From positions 1-52,613 of the forward strand of contig JBIIMX010000001.1 in the NCBI GenBank assembly GCA_044337765.1: a stretch of 52,613 bases of DNA, read 5' to 3'. This stretch comes from Pirellulales bacterium (GTDB lineage: Bacteria > Planctomycetota > Planctomycetia > Pirellulales > UBA1268). Numbering within the stretch: position 1 is the first letter of the stretch; each line of letters begins with the position of its first letter. Under the pieces are notes generated by a model. That model searched no databases and was not told where the DNA came from. It was given only the letters and a program-made list of their open reading frames with translations. A program made the translations under genes and the position numbers. Shown piece after piece: positions 26,705 through 37,400 of this stretch.

Positions 26705-26806
26705 CCCCCCAACCGAGGTGCGGTCCAATATGGTGCCACACCTTTCATCAGATGGGCACATCACCGCATAGGACTGCGGTGCGACTTCATTAACGGAATC
26801 GGTGCG

Positions 26807-28270
26807 ATGGTCGAGTGTGGCGTCACGGCTGACACATCTGCTTGGGAGCCCATTGCCTACGCCGCAGATCTCCAGCCACTGTACAGCGAGTTTGGAGACT
26901 ATCCAAGCCACGCGTTTGTCCGAGAGTTGGCTCCTGGAGTCGAGTATCACCAACCCGCGAGCATCGGCGGCCTGAGGACATGGTTACATCGCAAAGTTGA
27001 GTGGCAGTCGCGCTACTTGATGCCCTACCCAGGCGAAGTACCGCCGACCTCGGAAGACCTGCTCGACATCCAGGCCAGATTTGCCGGCCAAAGAGCAACG
27101 TTGAAGGACGGCGATGCCGCCCTCACGAGACTCGACGCGATCATCGATCAGTTCCTGGGCCTGGTGTGCGAGTTGCACGAAAACCAGATGCCGCTCGGGT
27201 TCGTAAATCCCCGGTCAGTGCGATTTGTCCGAGACGCAAGCGGCTCCGAAACCGTGCAGCTGCCAGACTTAGGTTTTGTCTTCAACGTCAACTCGCGCGC
27301 AGCTGCCCTGCCGAAGTGGCTCGAAGATCCCTCCATGAACGTCCTGTTTGACAGCGGCGCTGAGGCGAGGAATGAGGCTTACTATCAATGGATCTGCGAC
27401 AAAAGCCACGCAAACTTCGAGACACTGGCCTTCCAGGACGTGAAAATAGTTGGGCGGCTCATTGCATTCGCGTTGGCTGGCGAGTCGCAAGTGCGGAGGT
27501 GGGGTGGTGGTGAATGCCTGCATACCATCCCGCCACCCGCCGGCACGTTGAACGACACGGCCTGTGGCCCCGTGTGGGATGCAGTGAGTCGGGCAATCTC
27601 CGGTGAAACGCTGTCCGTTGCGGAGCTTCGGGAGGCTCTGCGCCGCGAGGACGCACGGCCAAGCAGGCACTTTCTCGTAAAGCCGCCCAAACCGCCGCCA
27701 CATTGGGTGGTGACGCTGGTGAAGCGGATCGCGAAGCCTGCTCTCGCGTCGGCAGCAGCGCTGCTGGTTGCGGGAGCAACGTGGGCGGCGTGGCAGGCGT
27801 TCGGCCCCCGATACACGTCGATTTGTCCGCATGTCTGGTCGTGGAATAGAGAGCTCTATCCGAGCCTGGTGGACCTCGAATCGCAAAAAGGCGCTGCAGC
27901 CGCGAACGACGTTGCGAAGCAGCGATTCCGTGAATCCCTCAAGCAATACGTGCAGTTGCTAAGGTCCAGCGCAAGTCACCCGTGCGATGGATCGTGCACC
28001 GACACACTCGTCGCATTGACCGAACCGTGGATCGACGATGAAGTCGACGGGACCTTGGAAACCCTGAGGCTGCAGCCTCGACAAAACGATGACGAAGTGG
28101 CGATTCTGACAGCCACAAAAGCCATCGTCGATGAGCTCAACTCGTTGCGCCGCGAAACGTCGCCACCGCTTTTTCAGTCGGCCGCGCAGACGCTTGACAG
28201 GCAACTGTCGCTCCGCGGGGCGGCCGAAGCAGCCGGAGATCGGTCCCCAGTGGAAGACGCCAAACCATGA
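26807..28270 (+). CDS. Single-pass membrane protein; cytoplasmic N-domain with a possible degenerate protein-kinase-like motif
   Basis: 487 aa. TM at ALASAAALLVAGATWAAWQAF. The segment LVCELHENQMPLGFVNPRSVRFVRDASGSETVQLPDLGFVF resembles the kinase catalytic loop plus DFG region, but the HRD Asp, Lys and Asn are substituted. No clear Gly-loop or VAIK. Confidence 0.6.
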   Translation: MVECGVTADTSAWEPIAYAADLQPLYSEFGDYPSHAFVRELAPGVEYHQPASIGGLRTWLHRKVEWQSRYLMPYPGEVPPTSEDLLDIQARFAGQRATLKDGDAALTRLDAIIDQFLGLVCELHENQMPLGFVNPRSVRFVRDASGSETVQLPDLGFVFNVNSRAAALPKWLEDPSMNVLFDSGAEARNEAYYQWICDKSHANFETLAFQDVKIVGRLIAFALAGESQVRRWGGGECLHTIPPPAGTLNDTACGPVWDAVSRAISGETLSVAELREALRREDARPSRHFLVKPPKPPPHWVVTLVKRIAKPALASAAALLVAGATWAAWQAFGPRYTSICPHVWSWNRELYPSLVDLESQKGAAAANDVAKQRFRESLKQYVQLLRSSASHPCDGSCTDTLVALTEPWIDDEVDGTLETLRLQPRQNDDEVAILTATKAIVDELNSLRRETSPPLFQSAAQTLDRQLSLRGAAEAAGDRSPVEDAKP

Positions 28271-28314
28271 ATGCTCACTTTTGCCCGTTGTCTCGTTGTC
28301 TCAGGAGAATCACC

Positions 28315-29637
28315 ATGTCTCGCGTCCTAAAATCCGTAGTTGTCGCGGCAGCTCTCGCGGCCGCAATGCCGGTTGGCACGGCTGTCGCGCAGGGGACCAT
28401 CACCAAAGGCGGCGGGCAGGTTCGTATGTCGCCGAGCGAGAAAGGTTCGCGGTCGGCGGATGGGCGGCGGGATAGCGCCCCCCGCAACATTTACATGGTC
28501 ATTCAAACGGACTCGTTGATGAGTCAGCAGGAGCTGGCGTCCAAATTCGAATCAGCGCGCAAGTCGACCCAAGGGTGCTCGTTTCAGAGCTATGACATTG
28601 ATCCAATTGATCCGAACACCTATACGCTGCTCAAGTCAATTCTGCAGAACGGTGTCGTCCCGCCGAACGCAGGAAGCCAGGGCGCAGTGTCGATCGAGCC
28701 TCTGGAAGGCCAGGACGGCGTGTGGACGGTCAACCTCAAGTCGGACTCCAAATATCTCGAGTCCGCCAAGGTGAAGGTCGCAACCTCCGCACAGGGCGAC
28801 GAGGAGTTGACGATGAAGGCCGAGCCGAAAGACAAGCTCAGTGCCAATCTTCGTTACCACAGCCCCGGCGTCTACATCCTCAAGATGCCGCCCGGTAGTG
28901 CGCCGAAGTCCGCCACGCTCATGGTGTCGGATGAGGCCAAACGCGGGCAGGATGCTCCCGTGGCGATGGAGGTCATTTGGCCCGATGCCGGGCGCTGCTA
29001 CCTCGCAACGCTCAAGGGCGTCGAGGGCGACGAGAAGGAACTGTACGACACACTCAAGGATGGGAAAAAGATCGCCAATCCCATCAAGGGCATCGAAGAT
29101 GCGACGAAAGCAGCCATCGTGGTGGCGAGCTTCAAGGAGGTACTGGCGGAGCCGATCGTTTTTAAGGACGATGCGATTCAGCTGTCATTCCCGAAGCCCG
29201 GCAATGTCGAGCCGAAGCGAATGTGGATGCGGTTCCCGTTGACCAAAACAGAGGAGACCGCGATCCGTCAGGAGCTCGACGCAAAGTTTGCCGGCGACGG
29301 CTTTAAGACGGTGCCCGCGTGGATCCGGGAGAATCAACTCGGGGAGAAGCTGACTCCCGAGGGTTCAACCGGCTGGTTTGAGCTTCCGTGGAATGCCGAG
29401 CATCAGGCATTCGAGCGAACTCTGCCGATCGACACGAAGTCGTGGCAGGAGCGTCTCGTCAACAACAAGGAGTTCATGGGCGACAACGCGATCCTGATCT
29501 ACGAGTTTGAGGGCGAGGATAAGACGCAGGAAATCATCAAGATCGATGGCGGCAAGCGGTATCGGCCGTACCAGGTCGCGGGCTGGCTGACAGGCCTGCC
29601 GAGCGCGCCATCCGCGGGCAAGGGCGGCGGCAAATAG
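28315..29637 (+). CDS. Exported hypothetical protein
   Basis: ATG at 28315, preceded by AGGAG. Signal peptide MSRVLKSVVVAAALAAAMPVGTAVAQG. The alternative start at 28267 forms an ATGA overlap with the previous stop. No recognised domain. Lys/Glu-rich and more A/T-rich. Confidence 0.7.
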   Translation: MSRVLKSVVVAAALAAAMPVGTAVAQGTITKGGGQVRMSPSEKGSRSADGRRDSAPRNIYMVIQTDSLMSQQELASKFESARKSTQGCSFQSYDIDPIDPNTYTLLKSILQNGVVPPNAGSQGAVSIEPLEGQDGVWTVNLKSDSKYLESAKVKVATSAQGDEELTMKAEPKDKLSANLRYHSPGVYILKMPPGSAPKSATLMVSDEAKRGQDAPVAMEVIWPDAGRCYLATLKGVEGDEKELYDTLKDGKKIANPIKGIEDATKAAIVVASFKEVLAEPIVFKDDAIQLSFPKPGNVEPKRMWMRFPLTKTEETAIRQELDAKFAGDGFKTVPAWIRENQLGEKLTPEGSTGWFELPWNAEHQAFERTLPIDTKSWQERLVNNKEFMGDNAILIYEFEGEDKTQEIIKIDGGKRYRPYQVAGWLTGLPSAPSAGKGGGK

Positions 29638-29753
29638 CTGCACGGCGTGGCGCGCGGGCCGCGAGGTCCGCGCGCCACACACACACCGACTGCTCCCGGT
29701 GAAATTGGCTTCGAGTACCGAAAGACCGGTCGAAAACTGAGGAACGATCATTT

Positions 29754-31856
29754 ATGCCACTTCCCAGAGCATTAACTGTCGAGGAGTGCAAACTTCTCCA
29801 AAAGGACGATCTTGTCGAGCGGTACCGTCAGTTCCGAACGGTGCTGGAGACGGTCGAAACGACTTTGGGCGATTTCGCGAAGCGGCCGGCGTTCGCCTCA
29901 ACGTGTGAGGAACTTGATCAACTGGCTGTCCGCATGTCACGTGATCGCTACCGCATCGGCTTTCTCGGCGTCTCGCAGGCTGGCAAATCGACCACCGCCG
30001 GTTGCGTTGTCGATGCGGTCGAAGCCAAGGACAATCCGGCTCCTCCGGGAGGCAAGGGCAAGGCCGCGACCGCCGTAGCCACGCGCATTCGACCCGTTCG
30101 GTCGCCCCACACCGAATGCCCACCAGGCGAAAAGCATCACGTCCAACTCTTGTTCCTCACCGAGGAACAGTTTAATCAGCGAGTGAAGGACATCTTTGGC
30201 ATTCTGGACTTGACCTTCGATGAAACTGCCGGAACTGACGCCTGGCTCGATGCGCTCAACGCTCACGGCACGTCACATCCAACCACCAGCGTGGACGACA
30301 GGGACACAGCGATACGTCTTATTCATGCAAGAAGGAAACACGGCGAGTTGTTGAAGCCGGACGGGGATTCGCCTGCCACTAAGAATGGGAGCTTCGATTT
30401 GGATGCACGACGATCGTACGTCGTGCATCCAGACGACGACACTCAATCGGAGACCCTCCAGTATGCGCTGCTTCGCGAGATGCGCATTTGGTACTGCACC
30501 GACGGTGATAAAGTTCCAGTGACGCTTGAGTTAATCGACTTGCCAGGCTTGGGCGTCGAACGAGAGAGCGACGAGGCCCTCACAACAGCTTTCCTCAAAG
30601 AATTGGACGGAGCATTTCTTTTCAGCGACCGCCAGCAACTCACTGGCAAGCCAGCTGCAACGCTAGCCAAGCACTTGCGTCAGCAGTTTGGCGAGACACT
30701 TTCGGGGCGCATGTGGCTGGTTGCGACGTTTATGCACGAACTGCAGGACCTTGACGACGTTAAGGGCACTATCAAAACTCTTGACGAACAGGTCACGAAG
30801 CATGGTTTTGTCAAAGAGAACGTCGTTTTCGTTGCTACCGGCGTGTTCCAGGCACTGAATGATCGGCAGGAGCCATCAAGAACTGCTTCCATCGATGCAT
30901 GGAAAGCATGCAAGCCGCCTGCTGCATTTCATCCTGAATACGACGACAACAACGAGCTGATCATCCCGCCAGCGATTCAAGCATTTGCAGCTTTTCGTGA
31001 AGCGTATCGAGGTCTGGCGGTAGATGGCGGTATTTCTCGCATTCGCAATTTGATGACGAAGAACGTCGAAGCCGACGTACGCAGGCAAACGCAGGAACAT
31101 GCAGTCGACGTAATGAATCGCCTCATCCAGGCCTTGAGTAAAGACTTGGCAGCATCTCGGCAGATGGGCGGAATGTCCCACGAGCAGATGGTAGACGCCG
31201 CAAAAGCGGCCAGCGCAATCGAGGTGATTGCCGAGAGTCTCAGGCGGCCGCATCAGCAGGTCGACGGCATCGCGGAGGACATCATCGCAAGCCTGGGAGA
31301 ACTGCTGGAGGAACTCTTCGAGAACCGCACTACCGATCCAACCAAGTCTGACAATGCCAGTTGTGGCAATGCCCTCAAGCGGCAAGGCATCGTCAGGGCC
31401 AAACAAGTCATCACGGATGTTGTGAAGGGCGTGCGAGACGACGTTGAAGCACTCACGAACGACTGCTCGGCGATGAGCGTCGAGACGATCAAGGCGGCGA
31501 TTCAGAAATGGAGAGATGACTGCAGCACGCTCGAGACGGGATTGAGCCCAAAGAGTGGCACAGATTTTTCCGAACAGTGCCTGAGTGGGCTCCAAATGCA
31601 GAGCGGATTGGTGGACGAAATGTGGTCCGACGGTCGTGGCCCCAGCATCGCCGATTATCGAGGCTTGATGGAGAAAAAGATCGTGCTCGTAGCACATGAA
31701 TTCGTGTCTCGTCTGGCCAAGGAGTTGGCCGACGCAATGGCAGAGCTTTCTGGCCGCATGAGAAGCGTCGGGGATGAAAGTGCCGCTGCGAATCCTGTGC
31801 ATCTCGAGTCAATCAAGATGATCGAAGGCGAACTGCATCAACTTCAAGCCACCTAG
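29754..31856 (+). CDS. Dynamin-family (bacterial dynamin-like) GTPase
   Basis: 700 aa. G1 RIGFLGVSQAGKSTT and G3 LELIDLPGLGVE (the dynamin-type DLPG), followed by a long helical region. I could not identify a canonical G4 by eye. Confidence 0.7.
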   Translation: MPLPRALTVEECKLLQKDDLVERYRQFRTVLETVETTLGDFAKRPAFASTCEELDQLAVRMSRDRYRIGFLGVSQAGKSTTAGCVVDAVEAKDNPAPPGGKGKAATAVATRIRPVRSPHTECPPGEKHHVQLLFLTEEQFNQRVKDIFGILDLTFDETAGTDAWLDALNAHGTSHPTTSVDDRDTAIRLIHARRKHGELLKPDGDSPATKNGSFDLDARRSYVVHPDDDTQSETLQYALLREMRIWYCTDGDKVPVTLELIDLPGLGVERESDEALTTAFLKELDGAFLFSDRQQLTGKPAATLAKHLRQQFGETLSGRMWLVATFMHELQDLDDVKGTIKTLDEQVTKHGFVKENVVFVATGVFQALNDRQEPSRTASIDAWKACKPPAAFHPEYDDNNELIIPPAIQAFAAFREAYRGLAVDGGISRIRNLMTKNVEADVRRQTQEHAVDVMNRLIQALSKDLAASRQMGGMSHEQMVDAAKAASAIEVIAESLRRPHQQVDGIAEDIIASLGELLEELFENRTTDPTKSDNASCGNALKRQGIVRAKQVITDVVKGVRDDVEALTNDCSAMSVETIKAAIQKWRDDCSTLETGLSPKSGTDFSEQCLSGLQMQSGLVDEMWSDGRGPSIADYRGLMEKKIVLVAHEFVSRLAKELADAMAELSGRMRSVGDESAAANPVHLESIKMIEGELHQLQAT

Positions 31857-31873
31857 GTTTTCGCGGAGTAACA

Positions 31874-34420
31874 ATGTCGAAAAAACCGTTCACGATACTG
31901 TTTCCCGAAGACTGCACCGAGCTGACGGGGGTACGTCGATGTGATTGGAAGTTGCAGGTCACAGACCTCGTTGTGAACGTGCCTTTCACGCCGGGCGACG
32001 TCCCAAAGATGCAGCACTGCACGGTGTTCTTCCATTGGCCCAGCGACTTTGGTTTTCTCTCTCTACAGCCCAAGGTCGCTAGCGAATTGCATAAGTCCGG
32101 TGAGGCTGCGCGCGTCGCAGCCGTAGAGTTCTACAAAAAAAGCGGCAACCCGCTCCGCGGGCAGCTCGTGGCCGACAACTGGTTCGCGTACCGGTTTGCC
32201 GCCGCGGGTCCGCATGAAGCCAGCAAGGATGGCCCCAAGGTGGTCGGCGTCACCATCAACATCGACACCTCGCACGAGCTGTTTCGAGAGCACGTAAAAA
32301 ACATTCCTGGCCAGTCGCTGACAGTAGACATTGACATCGACATCGGCGGTGCGAAGGTAAATTCGAAAACGGTTGAATTGCAGTACGATAAAGTTGTTCT
32401 CAAGGTAACGATTCCAGCCCGACGGCTCGAGCCGTATGACGGTGTCGTCGCGATCGATTTCGGTAATACCAACTCGACACTCGTCGCGTGTCACGATAAT
32501 GCCGGCGTTGCATTTATTCCTTGCGAATACCGGACAATAGCGTCGGGGCAATCACTGGACTCTGTAACGGCGCACGACCCGGTGCCCACTGTGCTGGAGA
32601 TTGTCGAGTACAACGAACCTGCTGAGCAGGGCAAGGCGAGCACGTACAGTGTCAACTACGGCCTGCAGGCTCTCGATACCACCCAGCCCGCCAGGCTCAT
32701 TACCGGCGCGAAACGGATGCTGGCAGATATGCCCGAAAGCAAGTCTGCCCCGCGAACGCTGCGCGTACTTGTAGGCGATGGTCCAGTTCCCGTACCAATT
32801 CCCGCCCACGATCCCGCGGAGATTTTTATCAGCCACATGTTCGCTGCTTTTCTGCACTTTGTGCGAAAGGAGCCCAAACGAGTGGCGATAACCTGCCCCA
32901 GCACATTTTCGGAAACTGAGGCAAACAGGGTGCGCATCGCGACGGTCAACGGGTTGCGCCGCGCCCTACGGCAACACCCGCTGCTCCCTTCTGAGAAAAA
33001 AATAACCGACACAGCCGCAGCCAACACCGTGAAGCCGTGCCTCGATGAATCGACGGCTGCGGCATTCTGGTTCATCCAACAAGAAGTGCTCGAAAGGCGT
33101 GGACGGGGAGCGATCGAATTCCAATACCTTTACCCCAAAGGAATGAACGTCCTCATTTACGACTGCGGCGGAGGTACAACCGATATCTCCCTTGTAAAGG
33201 TCGGGTACGCACCAGGCACGACACGGCTGAAGATAGATGTTTTAGGTCGGCGTGGACACCGAACATTTGGCGGCGATTTCATCACCCTGCAGTATGCGAA
33301 GTATGTGAAGTACCAGATATACGCACGGGATAAGGGTGAACCCGATGACGAGGAAATAAACCAGTTTTTTGCCGAATCTGCAGGCGGCACCAAACAGCCA
33401 CTACTTGCGAGCGTCAATAAGGTTATCCCGACACTTTTTGACAGTAATGCCCCTCGCGTTGGCGCTGCTGCGGAGGCTCGTGCACGCGCTTGGTCGCTAT
33501 GGATTCTTGCCGAGCGGTTGAAGTGCCTTGGGTTTGAATCCGATGAAACGAATGATTCACAGAAGGCGAGTGACTATCGAGAAGACGCGTTTCGGATATT
33601 CTTCAACCGAATTGAACCACCAGCGCCACAAGGGGACGAGAAAAAACGACTGAGTGCCATAATTGGGAAACATGGCTTTGCGGTTGACAAGGAACATATT
33701 CGTACAATGCTCGCGCCGGTGCTTGACGAAACCATTCGCTACGCGAACGAGCTCATAAAAGGTCGCCTGCCCAAGGACGAGGAGGTGCACCGTGTCTATC
33801 TCGTCGGCAACGCGTCACGGTTCCCGATCATCAGCGAGCGAATGCTGGATGCCGAGCGCGGTCTCGGCGTCCGTTTTCTCTCCGAGAAACTCGTCCAGGG
33901 CGGCCCGTCCAGAAGCGACGGATCCCGTCCTGCGATGAGTTACGATGACTTGAAGAACTGCGTGGCCAAGGGCGCCGCAGTGGCGATTGCGCTTCAAAGC
34001 CAGCAGAAGGCGATTGCCGACTGGGATGAAGACGTGATGAAAAAGCTGCCTTACAGTATCGAGTATCAGGATCCAGCCAGGGCTTATCCCCGCGTCCTGT
34101 TTGACTGCGGCACACTCATGGAGGCCTCGAAGGAAGCCAACGAGACGATTCAGATCCACGCCGACGCAAAGGGTCGCGTGCTGACGGATCGGATCCGGTT
34201 GAGTCGCCGGTGGCCAGGGGCAGGCGATAAAGAGCTCGAGGAGTTCCTGGTTTTTCGCTTCCCGGTTCCCTTGGTAGAGGGGCGCTATCGGGTGAGCTAC
34301 GATGGCGAGGGGGGCTACAAGGCGAGTTGCCTGGAGAAGTCGCATAAACAGCTCGTTGCAAAGGGTGAACCGATAATTTTCCCGCCCACGGTGCCCCCGA
34401 GTCAAAGTGGCGAGTTCTAA
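31874..34420 (+). CDS. Divergent Hsp70/actin-fold ATPase (DnaK-NBD-like) with about 190-aa N-terminal extension
   Basis: 848 aa. All Hsp70 nucleotide-binding-domain signatures occur in order: VAIDFGNTNS (phosphate 1), ITCPSTFSETEANRVR, LDESTAAAFWF, VLIYDCGGGTTDISLV (phosphate 2), GHRTFGGDFIT, VYLVGNASRFPIISERM. The start is 17 nt after the dynamin-like stop. Confidence 0.8.
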   Translation: MSKKPFTILFPEDCTELTGVRRCDWKLQVTDLVVNVPFTPGDVPKMQHCTVFFHWPSDFGFLSLQPKVASELHKSGEAARVAAVEFYKKSGNPLRGQLVADNWFAYRFAAAGPHEASKDGPKVVGVTINIDTSHELFREHVKNIPGQSLTVDIDIDIGGAKVNSKTVELQYDKVVLKVTIPARRLEPYDGVVAIDFGNTNSTLVACHDNAGVAFIPCEYRTIASGQSLDSVTAHDPVPTVLEIVEYNEPAEQGKASTYSVNYGLQALDTTQPARLITGAKRMLADMPESKSAPRTLRVLVGDGPVPVPIPAHDPAEIFISHMFAAFLHFVRKEPKRVAITCPSTFSETEANRVRIATVNGLRRALRQHPLLPSEKKITDTAAANTVKPCLDESTAAAFWFIQQEVLERRGRGAIEFQYLYPKGMNVLIYDCGGGTTDISLVKVGYAPGTTRLKIDVLGRRGHRTFGGDFITLQYAKYVKYQIYARDKGEPDDEEINQFFAESAGGTKQPLLASVNKVIPTLFDSNAPRVGAAAEARARAWSLWILAERLKCLGFESDETNDSQKASDYREDAFRIFFNRIEPPAPQGDEKKRLSAIIGKHGFAVDKEHIRTMLAPVLDETIRYANELIKGRLPKDEEVHRVYLVGNASRFPIISERMLDAERGLGVRFLSEKLVQGGPSRSDGSRPAMSYDDLKNCVAKGAAVAIALQSQQKAIADWDEDVMKKLPYSIEYQDPARAYPRVLFDCGTLMEASKEANETIQIHADAKGRVLTDRIRLSRRWPGAGDKELEEFLVFRFPVPLVEGRYRVSYDGEGGYKASCLEKSHKQLVAKGEPIIFPPTVPPSQSGEF

Positions 34421-34438
34421 CAACGCAAGGAGTGCGTC

Positions 34439-37400
34439 GTGGGTGCTTCGTCCAAGGAGGAGCTTCGCAGCCAGCTCGCGAATGAATTTTCGCATGCAGC
34501 AGACCTGTATCGCCAGGTCGCAGGCTTACTCGAGCAGTCCGAACCCGGGCTGAGTCAGGTGTGTCGCGCTTTGCTGGCAGAGCCTCCGGGGTTTCAAGGG
34601 CAGCCCGACCAGATTGCTGATGAAGCAGCCAGCGACAAACCGCAACACGTTATCCACCTGATGCAATGGTGGGCAAGCTACGGTGACTTCGAGGCCGTGC
34701 TGATGAGCGCAGCACCGTCCACTGGAAAGCCGGGCTTTTTTGCTTCGAAGGACAAAGGCTTATCAAAGGCCAAGCTGGAGATCGCCCGTGCAAAGGTATA
34801 CGGCAATCAAGCATGCCGTCCTTTGAACTGGTATGTGCAGCTATCCAAGAGCACAGCCAAAGATAGTTTGTGCAGTGCGGCCGTAGCCGAGGCACTACGC
34901 GTCTATGCCAACGGGGATTGGAAGACGTTTGACGATCTCAAAGTTGATTTTTTCGATGCAGTTACTCGGTCGATCGGGTTGCGGATGCTCTTACTCTGCC
35001 GCCATGATCGGGGACTGTCTGAGAAGGATCTATGCGAACTCGCCGACCAACTGGGGCTCGCCGTCAACAGCGAGCCGGCATCGGAATCACCCGCTACTTC
35101 GGGCGCGGTCCGACCTGCATTGTGGGATTTTGAACGGTCGACAAGGAACATCCGTCCGGCGTTTCGAGTGTCCGGACACCTTCTGCCCGCCACATGCTTG
35201 GTCGCCAGGCCCAAGTCGTACCTGCGTATGGCATCGAAATACGAGAGCGACCAACATGCGTGGAAGCGGGAGAGGTTGATCAAGGCGGCACGGCACAGTT
35301 GGCCGAGCAGTCAAGATTTCGCCAAAAAGATCCTCGGCCTCTTGAGTACGCCCGAGAGGGCGCACAATGGCGTGTCCGCGCTAAAGGCCTTAGCAGGATT
35401 TCTTACACTTGCACTCGAGACCGCACCAGCCAAGGAGCAACTCAAGGAGAAGCAGTCAAACTTCTTCACGCAATTGCAGGAATGCTTGAAGGTAAGCGAT
35501 ACCCGGATACTCGCCGTACGTCCGAACACAGATCGAGCATTTCGTCGAGTTCCGTGTCGCACTGCCGAACAGGAAAACCGCATATGCTACTTGAAGATTG
35601 ACAGAGAAGATATCGCGATTGGGAAATTACGCAGGTGCGAAGCCGAAGACGACGTGTTCGATGCGGTGTGGCTGTACGACCTACACCTGTGGGCGGTCGA
35701 CGAGGTGTCGCAACGATCGAAGCACCTTGGGTACACGGCGTTGATGGCTGCCCTGAATCAAGCAGGCTGCTGGGACAATGCCTGGGAAGAGATCAAGAAA
35801 TCGTTGCTCGGCCTGACCTCTGATGCTTCGGCCGAGGCTATTGCGCAAGCGTTCTCCGCACTGTGGCCCCGCGTGCTAGCTTTTAGGGCTGTAGCGGCCA
35901 AGGAGAAGAGTGGTGCAGAGCAACTGTTTGATGAAGTGGATCAATTACTGAAGGAGATGGTCCACGCCACGCTTCAACTGCTTGAGAAGCGAGGCGGGAC
36001 CACCTTTCCGCCGCGATTCAGCAGGGTTGAGCAGGCTGGCGAAATCGATCTGAAGCAATGGCTGGCAGAGGACGGGCGCTGGCAGGATGGCCACAGTGTC
36101 GAGATTGAGGTGCGTTCCGGTGCAGGGCCGGAACTCGTGGAGGCAGCGGCTCCGACGCGGCTGCAAATGGACCTGCCGGGCTTCGATGAACACAACCCGC
36201 ACGATGTTCGACTTGTGAACATGCCGGGTGTCTTCTTCTGGCGCGGCGGTGATCCACCGCCCTACGTCCGACTTATTCACCAGCACGTCTGCGAGCCAAT
36301 CGTTGCAGCGTTCAGCGGCGGCAGTCCAGCCCCGGTTGATTTCGGCACAGCCCTGAAATCCCTGAGACAAGCTTTCTCATCGGGCGACGGAGCGAAAGCC
36401 TTCGACGGCTTGGTCAAGGCGGCTGTCGAAGGTAATGACAATGCCACAAGGTGGTTGGATTATTTAAAGGAGGAACCCCGCTTTCAACTCGACTGCTTCC
36501 CGAGGATCGAGAATCACGAGGGTAAATGGATACCGTCTGCCCCTGGCGGTGATGACGAGTACGTGCAGTGGGACTACGACGACAGATCCCCCAAAACATT
36601 GATCCGCGTGACGTATGCCATGAACTCAGCAGCCTCCGCCGCTGTTTTCAGCAAGGGTCCCCGGGATAAGTTTTTAGAACTAGCGGCTGCTGACGCTGTG
36701 AACCAATGGTGCGTGCGGGTTGGCGGCGAAGCTACCGAACGGGGCAATGACCTGCTCCGAGCAACGGAGCGGCATTGGGCGTTCGACCATCCGCTTGGCA
36801 CGACTGTTCGGCTTGCTGCTGAGTTGCTCGACCAAATCGGCGAGGCCGGCACCATCGGCAAAACTGTAGATCCGAGCGAAATCGACAAGCTTCGTGACGA
36901 CGGTTATCAGGCCCTGAAGGCCTGGCTCGCCGCTGTCGAGGGAGTCGTGACGCCCGACGACTGGTCGGCCCGGGAGGGGAGCGACCCTCGTGCGGAAGAC
37001 CGCGACACACTCTCGTGGGCTTTCAGTTCCTTGGTGCCGACAGGCCGCACCATCGTGCATGAGTTTGGTGTAAAAGCTTTCGACTACGAAAAGCCGTTTG
37101 CGGGCGCGCTGTCTGCTGGAAAGCCATTTCCGGGCTATGAAGAAATCGATGACATGTCACGCACGTTCTGGACTGGGGCGTGGGCAGAACTCGCAGCTAT
37201 GTGGAACCGTGTGCCTGGACTTTCGGACAAGAACAGACGCGCCCGCGTCCTGTACCAAATCTATCAGGATTTGTCGTTGCGAGAGACTAACGAGTCGGTT
37301 TCCTGGTACGCGAGTGCGAAGGACAAGCTTGTGTCGATTCTTGAAGCTGAGTTTGGATGGGAGCCGTTCCCAGATGAGGATGAAGTTGAGCTGGGGCCCT

